A DNA stretch of 64,000 bases from an uncultured Verrucomicrobiae bacterium (lineage in GTDB: Bacteria; Verrucomicrobiota; Verrucomicrobiia; Chthoniobacterales; UBA10450): contig CAWFGO010000002.1 in the NCBI GenBank assembly GCA_963815455.1, positions 480,001 through 544,000 of the forward strand. Reading direction: 5' to 3'. Positions 10,032 to 20,375 of the stretch are shown here, one piece after another. The notes beneath the pieces are model-generated. The model made no database searches and was not told the origin of the DNA. It saw only the letters and a program-made list of their open reading frames with translations. A program made the position numbers and the translations under genes. The first letter of the stretch is position 1. Each line of letters begins with the position of its first letter.

Positions 10032-10440
10032 ATGGCCGGGTATTCCGAAACTCCGCTCGCCCAGAAACTTGGGATCAAGCCTGGAACAACCGTGGTGGCG
10101 TATGAATGCGCCGGCCAACTACCGGAGATTACTGGGCAAGGCAGCCGACGATGTGAAGTTCTCGAATCGAAGCGCCGCGCAGTCGAATTTCATCCATTTG
10201 TTTGCCACGCGTCGAAAGGAACTGGAAAAGCAGTTGGAACGCCTCCGGCGCAAACTAGCCGACATTGGTATCCTCTGGGTCTCCTGGCCAAAAAAGGCTT
10301 CCGGCGTGACGACCGACGTTACCGAGGACGTGATCCGCGCGGTCGCCTTGCCCATCGGGTTGGTTGATATCAAAGTCTGCGCCGTCGATGAAACATGGTC
10401 GGGATTGAAATTGGTCGTTCGGCGAAGTAATCGAAAATAA
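10032..10440 (+). CDS. DUF3052 family protein (frameshift near 10100)
   Basis: MAGYSETPLAQKLGIKPG in one frame; LWVSWPKKASGV..DVTED..R...GLVDIKVCAVDETWSGLK in the next. Confidence 0.8.
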
Positions 10441-10502
10441 ATTCAGCCTGTTTTTTCAATCGATCCGCTTAGCATCGAAAGCGAGAAGCGCTCCGGCAGC
10501 AG

Positions 10503-11120
10503 TTACTGCCTCTTTCTCCGTTCTTGCTTGCGAACGAGCGACACCATCACTCCTTGAATCTTCAGCTCGCGCGCTGGAATCAGATTCGGATAGCGCGGAT
10601 TTTCCGCTTTGAGATAGGGCCGGCCGCGCTCGACCACGTAACGCTTCAGGGTTGTTTCACCGTCGATCAAGGCGGCGACGATGTCCCCGCTCTGCGCTTC
10701 TTTGCTATTCTCCAAAATCACGATATCGCCATCGACAATATGCGCGCCGATCATCGAGTCGCCCCGAACCCGTAGCGCAAATGTGCCGCGATTTTTTGAA
10801 ACGTTGGCCGAACGGGCATCGAGCGAGACGTGTCCTTCGATCGTTTGCTCGGTCAACGCCGACATTCCCGCGGGGATCTGCCCGTAAATCGGAACATCGG
10901 TGATCCTGACTTTCATGGCCGGCGTAATCAGCGCTCGCGCCTTGCCAGCATGTCGATCCAGAAAACCTTTGCGCTCGAGCGCAGCGAGGTACTGCATCAC
11001 GGACGTCTGGCTGGCGAATCGGAAATGACGTTGGATTTCGCGCGTGCTCGGTGTAAACCCTTTCTCACGCTGTTCGCGCTGGATGAAATCGAGAATGTTT
11101 TGCTGGCGCTCAGTGAGCAT
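10503..11120 (-). CDS. lexA: LexA repressor
   Basis: LTERQ..ILDFI, PSTREI, IPAG cleavage site, GDSM Ser, TTLKR Lys. Confidence 0.95.
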   Translation of the reverse strand: MLTERQQNILDFIQREQREKGFTPSTREIQRHFRFASQTSVMQYLAALERKGFLDRHAGKARALITPAMKVRITDVPIYGQIPAGMSALTEQTIEGHVSLDARSANVSKNRGTFALRVRGDSMIGAHIVDGDIVILENSKEAQSGDIVAALIDGETTLKRYVVERGRPYLKAENPRYPNLIPARELKIQGVMVSLVRKQERRKRQ

Positions 11121-11153
11121 GATGAACAATTGCGCGTCCATTGATATGGCGCA

Positions 11154-11167
11154 AGTTCAAATGAACA
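11154..11167. promoter_or_regulatory. LexA box upstream of lexA
   Basis: AGTTC-AAAT-GAACA, one mismatch to the palindrome TGTTC-N4-GAACA. Confidence 0.8.
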
Positions 11168-11189
11168 GTTACGAATTAGTTTGGCGCCG

Positions 11190-11804
11190 ATGAAGCCTCT
11201 TTTCTTGTTTGCTCCCGGCGCGGGCGCTCCTTCATCGCATCCCTGGATGCAGCGATGGAAAAATCGGCTGGGCGAAATCGGAAATGTCGAGACGTTCGAT
11301 TATTCCTACATGCGCGACGGACGGAAACGGCCCGACCCGTTGCCGCAGCTCATCGCCGCGCATCGAGAGGCGTTGCGTCAAGCGCGCGAACGATTTCCGT
11401 CAGGATCGACAATATTGATTGGCAAAAGCATGGGCGGACGCATTGGTTGTCACGTCTCTCTGGAAGAAAACGTCGATGGAGTGATTTGTCTTGGCTATCC
11501 GCTCTGCGCGATGGGCGATCGGACCAAACTGCGCGACGAAGTCTTGCGCGCGATGGGAACGCCGATCCTCTTTGTGCAAGGGACGCGGGATTCGCTTTGT
11601 CCCTTAGATCTCCTTGAACAAGTTCGCCCTGAGATGAAGGCGACGAATGTCTTGCACGTTGTGGAAGGCGGAGATCACTCACTGCTTGTTCCGAAACGGC
11701 AATTGAAAGCAAACGGTGAAACACAGGACGATGTCGATCAACGAATCTCCGAAGCAATTCACCGGTTCCTGGCGGAATTGAAGCGCGAGCCGGTCGAGCG
11801 CTAG
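11190..11804 (+). CDS. alpha/beta hydrolase (KANL3/Tex30-like)
   Basis: APGAGA, GKSMGGR, LGYPL, QGTRD, GDHS. Confidence 0.85.
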   Translation: MKPLFLFAPGAGAPSSHPWMQRWKNRLGEIGNVETFDYSYMRDGRKRPDPLPQLIAAHREALRQARERFPSGSTILIGKSMGGRIGCHVSLEENVDGVICLGYPLCAMGDRTKLRDEVLRAMGTPILFVQGTRDSLCPLDLLEQVRPEMKATNVLHVVEGGDHSLLVPKRQLKANGETQDDVDQRISEAIHRFLAELKREPVER

Positions 11805-11810
11805 AAAACC

Positions 11811-12032
11811 TCAGCTCATTATCTGGTAGCGGTTCATCAACTCTTCCCGCGCTTCCATTGCCAGTTTCGGATTTAGGCGGCTGATCACTTTCTCGCGCCG
11901 TTCCGGGTCCATGGCGGCCAGTTCCCGCACGAGCTTGTCGCGCATTTGCCATTTCGAATAGCGACTCCAGCCGACGCCCGCGGCGAGAACCGCGGCGATC
12001 GCCCAAACCGTGATGTCAGTTCCAGTAACCAT
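11811..12032 (-). CDS. small hypothetical membrane-anchored protein
   Basis: One TM segment followed by a charged helical tail. Confidence 0.6.
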   Translation of the reverse strand: MVTGTDITVWAIAAVLAAGVGWSRYSKWQMRDKLVRELAAMDPERREKVISRLNPKLAMEAREELMNRYQIMS

Positions 12033-12135
12033 CAGGCGAGGAGGAAATGAGGGTGCAACGTTCAACGGTCAACTGTTGACGAACAAGGTCAAACGAAAGC
12101 CGCTGGTGCTCCCCGCCTCTCGATCGAGATAACTT

Positions 12136-12630
12136 CTAAGACGCAATCGCCACCGCAGCCTCGCCGGCAGTGCAAATTTCGCGAGCGCGCCCTCGCGCTT
12201 CCTGCTCAAACCAGCCGACGGTAAACTTGGCGCAGTCACGACGATCGCTCAGATATGCCCGGATATACTCCTCGAGGCTGCCGCTTCGCTCACATTGAGC
12301 AACGTGAACGAATTGGTGGATGAGTAGCTCCCGGTCGTTCCAGGAATCGGCCCGCACGATAATTCCGTGCCCAATGGCGACGCCGCGGGAAGCGTCAGTG
12401 ATAATGTGGCTGTAGCGCGCTGCCCCGGCCAGTTCCTCATCTTCGGGCAATGGAATTCGATCGACCGCCAGGATTCGAATTTTCGAATAATCCCGGACCC
12501 CGGCCTGGAGCGCATCGACAATGTGTGTTGCCCCCAACGGCATCCCTGTCGCCAGAATAAATTGCTCCTGCGTATTCGCCCAGGCACAGGCTCGGGGCAA
12601 AAGAGATTCGAATGTTTGCTGATCGATCAC
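12136..12630 (-). CDS. hypothetical protein with degenerate HExxH-like motif (HQFVH)
   Basis: LLIHQFVHVAQCER...FEQEAR resembles DUF4157-type metallopeptidase-like proteins; GTG start. Confidence 0.6.
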   Translation of the reverse strand: MIDQQTFESLLPRACAWANTQEQFILATGMPLGATHIVDALQAGVRDYSKIRILAVDRIPLPEDEELAGAARYSHIITDASRGVAIGHGIIVRADSWNDRELLIHQFVHVAQCERSGSLEEYIRAYLSDRRDCAKFTVGWFEQEARGRAREICTAGEAAVAIAS

Positions 12631-12715
12631 GGGGTGGCAGAAGCACCTTGGTGCTACCGGGAAAGAAGCAAGAGGCGTGCAAGATCGAAGTAAAAACAGA
12701 ACCGAAAAGCGGCGA

Positions 12716-13628
12716 TTAATCCGCGCCAGCAAATTGTTCGGGATGATACTTTTTCCAGTAACGTAGAGAAGCGGTAACGGCCATGTGGCTTGGATCGGCC
12801 GCCTCGTAACCTTGCGCTTCCTCCTCGGTCGCGCCGCCAGCGCGAAGTTGATCGTGTTCGTATCTGGCGAAGTCGGCCATCAATTGCTGTTCGTCTGCGC
12901 CGGCGCGAATTTTGTCGCGCAACCACTCGGCCCAGCGTGTTACCCGTTCGTCCAGCGCATCCAAATAGGCCGTGACTCCCTTATCAACCAACCCGAAGTG
13001 CGGCAGATAAATTCGAGCCGGATTCAACTTGCGGATTTTATCGATCGATTCGTGCCACGATTCAATATGCAATTCCGGAGGAACGAACGGTGGTATTGGC
13101 GGTCCGCCGCCAATACGAACACCGGCGATGTCGCCGCCGAAAAGATTATTTTCCCAATGATAGACATGATGGTGGCTGGCGTGGCCGGGAGTGGCAATGG
13201 CTCGCACTTCAAATGGAGGAACCCGCACGATTTCCATGTCTTGCACAATCCTGACCCGATCGGCCGGGACCGGCGCGATTCGACCCCAAAGCCTTTCCAT
13301 GTCGTCGCCAAAAATGCGCGTGGCGGACTCGATCAATTTCGCCGGATCGATCAGGTGCGGTGCGCCGCGCGGATGAACATAAACGTTTGCGCCCAGATTC
13401 CGCAAAACGCCACGCCGCGCCGGCGTGATCGAAATGAATGTGACTGAGAAAGACATGACGAACGTCTTTGGGATCAAAGCCAATCTTCCCAAGATCGACA
13501 ACGACATTATCGAATGTCGATTCCGGGCCGGTATCGAAAAGGGCAATGCCGTCATCGGTCTCAAGAGCCGTTGCGGCAACAATGCCGGAGCGACCAAGCT
13601 GGCGAGTATCGAGGATGTGAATTTTCAC
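12716..13628 (-). CDS. MBL-fold metallo-hydrolase (frameshift near 13415)
   Basis: DTGP and SHIHFDHAG in one frame; VYVHPRG, TPGHASHH, GD and PHFG in the next; GTG start overlaps the upstream TGA. Confidence 0.85.
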
Positions 13629-14451
13629 GGCCGATTGGCCTTCGACGCAGCGACGATGTAGGCCGCCTTTGGGAATGGCAAAGCCATCATCCCTCGCGTA
13701 ATCACGGACCGCGGTTTCGATCGATGACTGAATTTTCCGCAATGCCTCCGGTGTTTGGCGGGCCAGCAAACCGGCGGTGCGAACTCCGGCATGGCGCTCG
13801 GCCTCGAAAGCGAAGCGCGCGGTCGGCACTTTCCATTCGATGGTGTGAAGCTTGAAAATCATCGACGCGCCGTCGAACCCGGCGCGCTCCAGCGCCTGGC
13901 GAAATTCGTCGCTGCCGGAATAAAGATGATGCGGCGGTCCTGTCGGAACATCGACATCGAAGTCGGCGTGCGCCTCGATCGCGTCGTCGATGATCTTTGC
14001 GTAAGGACTTTCGGCGGCCGGCGCCCAGATTGTGAACCCGAATTTTCCGCCAGGCTTCAGGACGCGGTTCGCTTCGGCGCAGGCGGTCTCCGGCTCGGCC
14101 AGATGAAGCAACGCAAAATTTGCCACGACCCGATCGAAAGTAGCGTCGGCAAATGGAAGACACTGGGCGTCGCCTTCGCGGAACTCGAAGTGCGGAAACA
14201 TTCTTTTTGCGATCGAGATCATTTCCCTGGAAAAATCCAGACCGACCGGAATGGCGCCGCGTTCCGCCGCCGCGGCCGACACATAACCCGGACCGCAGCC
14301 GACATCCAGGATCGACATCTCCCCGGAGACGTCTGCGGCGTCAAGCAGACGGGGGGATAAACTGCCGGGTCGAACTCGACCAGACCGAATCGTATTTGTT
14401 CGCGACGCGTTCCCAGCCTTCGTGTTCGAAGGCAGTGAAGGCATCGGCCAT
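13625..14451 (-). CDS. class I SAM-dependent methyltransferase (frameshifts near 14350 and 13668)
   Basis: MADAFTAFEHEGWERVA..., LDVGCGPG, GDAQCLPF, RVLKPGG. Confidence 0.85.
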
Positions 14452-14470
14452 CAACGCGACGGAACTGGAA

Positions 14471-15064
14471 TTAAGCGGTTTGCGAAGTGCGCTTGCCCAT
14501 CGTGAGTGCGGCGACAATGCCTACGATAAGGAAAGCGACGACTTGGATGAACATGTAGGCAGCGGTATATCTTTTCGGGAAGCCGTACCAGTTCCAATAG
14601 GGAACATTCGTGGCAATGGCTGTGAGAATTCCAGCAAAGAAGACGAAGCTAACGCGCCCAAAAAAGCTGTCGATCCTCGTTTGAGCCAGAAGGAAGACGA
14701 CGAGAATGGCTTCGACAAGTTCCGTGGCGAACTCGACGCCCAGCAGCTTACCGAAGTTAAATTCCCGGCTTGGATGATAAAGCAATAATCCCGAGGGACC
14801 GGTGGCGGCTTTGTCCATCGCGCTCTTCATCGCTTCCTCTTTTTCCTGGCGCGTGGCATTTCGGCCAACGTGGTGTCCCGGAAACATGTAAAGACCGGCG
14901 GATTCGCCAATATTTGTTTTCATGGCGTCGAGCATTGCTGTTTCATTGTGAAACTGGTCAATGCCGACTTCGCCCAGCGGCAGCAAATCGTGCGCGACAA
15001 AGCTCCAGATGAACATGGCGATGCCTCCAAAAACACCGGCCAGAATGATGCGGGTTGTTGTCAT
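14471..15064 (-). CDS. hypothetical membrane protein
   Basis: GGAGG RBS; several TM segments; YWNWYGFP. Confidence 0.75.
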   Translation of the reverse strand: MTTTRIILAGVFGGIAMFIWSFVAHDLLPLGEVGIDQFHNETAMLDAMKTNIGESAGLYMFPGHHVGRNATRQEKEEAMKSAMDKAATGPSGLLLYHPSREFNFGKLLGVEFATELVEAILVVFLLAQTRIDSFFGRVSFVFFAGILTAIATNVPYWNWYGFPKRYTAAYMFIQVVAFLIVGIVAALTMGKRTSQTA

Positions 15065-15173
15065 AGTTACCTCCGTTGAATGAGCGGGGATTATGAGCAG
15101 GAAAACAGGGCGGCGGGAAGCAGTAAATATGGCCCCGAAAAGGCCGGATCAAGCCCAACAAAAAGGCGTAATT

Positions 15174-15542
15174 CTACACGGCAAAGCTTTCGCCACAGGA
15201 GCAATGGGCCACCGCGTTCGGATTCGTGACTTTGAACCCGCCTTTTTGCAGGTCTTCGCTGTAATCGAGGACCGAGCCGCTCACGAAAAGCGCGCTTTTT
15301 GGATCGACAACCAATTTTACGTTGGAGGTTGGAACCATGATGTCGCGCTCCTTCGGCCCGTCCACCAGGTCCATGGTGTATTGCAATCCCGAGCAACCGC
15401 CGCCCACCACAGCCAGCCGAAGCGCCCCGTCCGGTTTGCCCTTTTCCTCAAGAAGCGACGCCAGTTTGCGCGCCGCATTCTCGGTGACTTGGATCAGGCG
15501 TTCGTTACCGACCTTGAAATTGATTGAAGATTCGATGCTCAT
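15174..15542 (-). CDS. HesB/IscA-family Fe-S cluster assembly protein
   Basis: GGGCSGLQY and NPNA..HCSCGESF. Confidence 0.92.
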   Translation of the reverse strand: MSIESSINFKVGNERLIQVTENAARKLASLLEEKGKPDGALRLAVVGGGCSGLQYTMDLVDGPKERDIMVPTSNVKLVVDPKSALFVSGSVLDYSEDLQKGGFKVTNPNAVAHCSCGESFAV

Positions 15543-15570
15543 GAAATCAGATTGTGATATTGCGCGCCGC

Positions 15571-15664
15571 TGTCATCCCGAGCGCAGTCGAGGGATCCCG
15601 TGGAATGACCTTTTGATGATTCTGCGGGATTCTTCGACTCCGCTTCGCTCCGCTCAGAATGACA
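15571..15664. repeat. GTCA-tagged palindromic unit (short ~93-bp type)
   Basis: tgtcatcccgagcgcagtcgagggatccc...gggattcttcgactccgcttcgctccgctcagaatgaca. Confidence 0.85.
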
Positions 15665-15683
15665 GCTTTCCTGAGCAATCTCC

Positions 15684-16625
15684 TCAATTTCGCAATCGTC
15701 GAGACATGCGAAAATTTTTCCCGCAATCGTTTCGCGTCGGGCATGAGACTTGCGAGTAGGCCATCAATCGCGCGCGCATCGATCGGATGGCGGGTTCCTC
15801 TTCGCCCCAGTCGCGAACGACCAACTCGCAGTGCCGCAAAATCAATTTCCATCGCTCGGCAAACACGGGCGCATCGGCAATTTCGCCGGTGGCCAGATAC
15901 TTTTTGGTCTGTTGGAAAATCCACGGCGCGGTCATGGCGGCGCGACCAATCATGGCGCCGGCAATTCCTGTCTGCCGGCGTTTTGCGACTACGGTTGCGC
16001 TGGAGAGGTCGCCGTTGCCGATGACCGGAATCGCAACCGACGCGGCAACTTCGCCAATCACATTCCAGTCGGCCTCGCCCGAATAACCCTGCGCGCGGGT
16101 TCGCCCATGCACCGTAATCGCTGCGATCCCGGCATCGGCGAGAATTTGCGCGACGTGCACCGCGTTAATCGAATCGGCATCCCACCCGATCCGAATTTTT
16201 GCGGTGACCGGCATCGGCGCGATCGCGCGCACCACTGCCGTCGCAACGCTTTGCAAAGTCGGGCAATCCTTCAGCAACGCCGAGCCGCCGTTTTTGGAAA
16301 CGACTTTATTGACCGGGCAACCAAAGTTTAGATCGACAAAATCGGGGCGGACCCAATCGACGACCTGCCGCGCTGCCTCTGCCATGTGTTCGGCATTCCC
16401 GCCAAAGAGCTGCACGCCGATTGGCCGCTCGATCTCATCGAACTCGAGATATTCCCGGGTGCGCTCGTTGCGCCGAAAAATTCCTTCGGCGGAGACGAAC
16501 TCGGTGGTCAGAACATCTGCGCCGTATTCTTTGCACAGCTGCCGGAAAATCTTGTCCGACACCCCGGCCATGGGCGCGAGAAAAAGCGGGAAGCCTTCCC
16601 GGAACCAGGGCAGGGCGGTGTTCAT
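15684..16625 (-). CDS. dusB: tRNA dihydrouridine synthase DusB (3' end uncertain, indels near 15745 and 15690)
   Basis: LAPMAGV, DLNFGCP, GGSALL, VHGRT, GNGD, MIGRA. Confidence 0.9.
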   Translation of the reverse strand: MNTALPWFREGFPLFLAPMAGVSDKIFRQLCKEYGADVLTTEFVSAEGIFRRNERTREYLEFDEIERPIGVQLFGGNAEHMAEAARQVVDWVRPDFVDLNFGCPVNKVVSKNGGSALLKDCPTLQSVATAVVRAIAPMPVTAKIRIGWDADSINAVHVAQILADAGIAAITVHGRTRAQGYSGEADWNVIGEVAASVAIPVIGNGDLSSATVVAKRRQTGIAGAMIGRAAMTAPWIFQQTKKYLATGEIADAPVFAERWKLILRHCELVVRDWGEEEPAIRSMRARLMAYSQVSCPTRNDCGKNFRMSRRLRN

Positions 16626-16726
16626 AGGCGGGTATTCTCTCACAAGATCGACATCGGCGCACGGGCTGAGGCGATTCGGCAGGCGAGACGCCCGCCGGTC
16701 CCCACAGCCGGATGGCTGTGCTGCGA

Positions 16727-17227
16727 TTACGCCGCGGTGCGAAGCAATTGCGCGACTTCGTTTTGCACGCTCTCCAGTTCGTCGAGACGTAACCCGGGGT
16801 CGGACACGATGAACACGTCGCCGGTCGCGCCGTGTTCGTAGATCAGCACGCGTCCTTTTTCCGCATTTTCGGTTTTGATTTGTTTTACCACGCGTTTGCG
16901 TTCGAGCATCGCCGCCAGAACATAACAGGCGTTGGCCGGCGGATTCTCCGACGCAACTAATCGACGGAAAAGCTCCTCCGCATTTTCCTTGGCCAACGGC
17001 TCGGCCGGTTGAGGCAAAGGTTCGTAGCGCGTTTTCCAAAACGAAAACGGTTGAATATTTTCATTCCGATTTTGCCAGGCTTCTTCGCTCAGATCTTCGC
17101 GGCGATAACCATCGGCATCATGATAGAGCAGCGTGTAGAAATATTCGCCGGGCGCGAAAGGCCGTTGCGTCACCGCGCACGTGTCGGCGCGATGTTTGAT
17201 GGCCCATTCGTTGGGAAGCGGATTCAT
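16727..17227 (-). CDS. conserved hypothetical protein
   Basis: 166-aa ORF whose start overlaps the lptG stop (ATGA); operon-like arrangement. Confidence 0.75.
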   Translation of the reverse strand: MNPLPNEWAIKHRADTCAVTQRPFAPGEYFYTLLYHDADGYRREDLSEEAWQNRNENIQPFSFWKTRYEPLPQPAEPLAKENAEELFRRLVASENPPANACYVLAAMLERKRVVKQIKTENAEKGRVLIYEHGATGDVFIVSDPGLRLDELESVQNEVAQLLRTAA

Positions 17228-18365
17228 TTGGCAACCATACGCCGCGGCGCGAATAGATGAAAGCCGAGCGCTTCCCGATTGGAAGCGCGCAGATAAAGAA
17301 GGTAGAGACCGATCGCCGCGAATAGGACGTTGGGGGTCCACGCGGCAATCCAGGATGGAATGCGATCGCCTTCGCCCAGCGCCAGAAAAAGATGGGTGAG
17401 AAAATTCATTGCGAATACGAGAAACACCGCGGCCGCAACGCTGGATAAAACGCCGCGGCGCGAGTAACCGATCCCGAGCGGGGCCGCGAGGCAGACCACC
17501 ACCAGACAGGTCCAGGGCAGAGCGAAACGGTATTGCAGATGGGTCTGAAATGGCGCGAGCCGGGTCGCCGGAAAATCGGAATTGAAATGCAGATATTGGC
17601 GCAGCTCCGGCACACTGAGATATTCCGCGCGCACATTCGCGCTGCCCAGGCGAAAAGGCGTTTCGCTCCAGTTGTCGATCTTAAGCGATGGAAGGATTTG
17701 CTCGTCCAGGATGTTTCCCACGCGATCGTAATGAACAACCTTTACGTTTTCCAATTCCCACGTTTTTGTTTCCGGAAGATAAACCGCGCGGGTCGGCCAG
17801 ATAATTCGTCACAATATTATTGTGGCTGTCCTGCTGCAGCACCTGGACGTTATTAAACTTGTTGTCCGCCAGGGCGGAAACTTTGGATGAACCAGGTGCG
17901 CGCGTCGGTCCGGTTCCGAAAGATTTGCGCTTCGATGGCAGTCTCGGAGCGCGAGCGCGCTTCATCGAGGAGCCGCTTGCGGGCCAGCTCGGCGTGCGGC
18001 GCGAGCGAATAATTGAGCGCCATGGTTGCCGCGACCGTAAGAAAGCCGATGGCAATGAGCGGCGAGAGGATCCGGGGGAGACTCAGGCCCGCCGTGAGCA
18101 TGGAAACGATTTCGTTGGCGCGGGACATTCGCCCGAGCGAAAACAGCAGCGCCAAAAGAAGCGATACCGGGAGCAAGACGATCAGGACCTCGGGAATCTG
18201 CGTCACGTAATACCGGAACGCGATGACGAGACCGACCTGCTCATCGAGGAACGTCGAGATATTGTCGCTGATGTCGAAGATGAGCCAGATCGAGATAAAG
18301 CCGACGATGCAGTAAAGATAGACCTGCAAAAAATTGCGAATGACGTAGCGATCCAGCAGCTTCAC
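17224..18365 (-). CDS. lptG: LptF/LptG family LPS export permease (two frameshifts near 17872 and 17793)
   Basis: MKLLDRYVIRNF, LGRMSRANEIVSMLTAGLS, AAWTPNVLF. Confidence 0.8.
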
Positions 18366-18388
18366 GGCTTAAACTAAGACCAAATTCG

Positions 18389-20372
18389 ATGATCGCGCTC
18401 AAAGATTCGCTGGAGACGGAATTTGTCGAACGAATTCGCGTATTGTTTTCGGAGAACGGTCCGCTCTCGAAAGCGACGAATTTCGAATATCGGCCGCAGC
18501 AGCAGGAAATGGCCGTGGCGGTGGCGCGGGCACTGGAGGAAGAGCGGCATCTGGTTGTCGAAGCGGGCACCGGCGTGGGCAAATCGCTCGCTTATCTGGC
18601 CCCGGCGATCCTTTTTGCACTGGAGAAGAAAAAGAAGGCGATCGTTTCCACCCACACGATCAATCTTCAGGAACAGCTCCTGAACAAGGACATCCCGATC
18701 CTGAAAAAGATTTTGCCGGTCGAGTTTCACGCGGCGCTGGTCAAGGGACGGCAAAATTATCTGTGCCCCCGACGATTGGAACGCGCGCTGGCCCAGGCCA
18801 ACGAGCTTTTCACCGGGCCGGAGAAAAATGAATTGAACCGGCTGGCGGAATGGGCGGGCAAGACGCGTGACGGCTCGCTCAGCGATCTCGCGGTCGAGCC
18901 CGATCCGAAAGTTTGGACACAGGTCTGCAGCGAGCCGCACATCTGCACGGCGAAAACGTGCGGCCTCGGGCCGGGCTGCTTTTATCAACAGGCGCGAAAA
19001 CGCCTGCTCATGGCAGATGTGCTCGTGATCAATCACACGCTGCTGTTCATGCTCCTGGGCGGCCCGGAGGAACAGGAGGGGCGCGAGAGCGGTTTTCTTT
19101 TTCCCGAACGATTTTCTGATATTCGACGAAGCGCACACGGTCGAACAAACCGCATCGCGCCAGATCGGGATCGGCATCTCGCAGTACGGATTAAGATCGA
19201 CAATCCAGCGGCTTTACAATGCGCGCACCAAGAAAGGACTCTTCACCATCACTCGCGATGCCGAAGGTGTGCGGCTGGCCGCCGAGGTCGTCGATGAAGT
19301 GGAACGTTTTTTCAGCGCGATCGAATCGAAATCCGATTTTCGCAAGGGCCGGGAGTTTCGAGTGCGCGATGTCGATCTTGTCCCGGACACGATCACCGGC
19401 CGGCTAACGGCGTTGCAAGTCCGCATCGCCGAGGTAGTCAAACGCGCCGATGATGAATTTTTAAAAGCGGAGTTGCAGGAGTATGGCCGGCGGCTCCGGG
19501 ACGCGCGAACCGGTATTGCCGTTTTCCTGGAACAGAGCGCGCGCGAACATGTTTACTGGGTCGAGCGCACGGGCAAGACGGCGCAATTTCTCTCCCTCAA
19601 CGCGTCTCCGATCGACATCGCACCAGTGCTGCGCCGCATGATTTTTCGCGAGGATTGTTCCTGCGTGATGACGAGCGCAACGCTCGCGGTCGGCCGCCCC
19701 GACCTCGCCTATTTTCGACAACGCATCGGGGCGGACGAAGCCGAAGCAGTAGTGCTCGGGAGTCCGTTCGATTTTCAAAAGCAGATGAAGATTTTCATCG
19801 TGCAAAAAATGCCCGATCCGCGCGACGCCGGTTACGAAGAAGCGCTTGAGCATTGGATCGCGCATTTTGTCGAAGAAACGGACGGACGCGCCTTTGTCCT
19901 TTTCACCAGTTACCGCGGCATGCAGCAAGTGGCCGAGCGGTTGCGGGAGTTCTTCGCGCGAACAAAAATGAATTTGCTGGTGCAGGGCGGTGGCGCGCCG
20001 CGCGGTCTTTTGCTGGAGCAATTCAAGACAACACCGCGCAGCGTTCTTTTTGGGACGGATAGTTTTTGGATGGGCGTGGATGTTCCGGGCGAAGCGCTTT
20101 CCAATGTAATTATCACCCGGCTGCCCTTCGCCGTGCCGGATCATCCGCTAATTGAGGCGAAGCTCGAACTGGTTGAGGCGCGGGGAGGCGATGCCTTTAC
20201 TGAATTTTCCCTGCCGGAAGCGATCTTGAAGCTTCGACAGGGAGTGGGCCGCTTGATTCGAACAAAGAGCGATACCGGCATCGTTGTCATTCTCGATAAC
20301 CGGATCATAACTAAACCGTACGGGCGCGCATTTTTGAGCGCTTTGCCGAAGTGCGCAGTCAAAATACTCTAG
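18389..20372 (+). CDS. DinG/YoaA family ATP-dependent DNA helicase (frameshift near 19100)
   Basis: EAGTGVGKS, KGRQNYLC, DEAH (after frameshift), SATL, FWMGVDVPG, QGVGRLIR. Confidence 0.9.
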
Positions 20373-20375
20373 TCC

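Noticed and set aside
12074..12085. TGTT-GAC-GAACA as an extra LexA box
   Set aside because: The spacing and half-site do not fit TGTTC-N4-GAACA.
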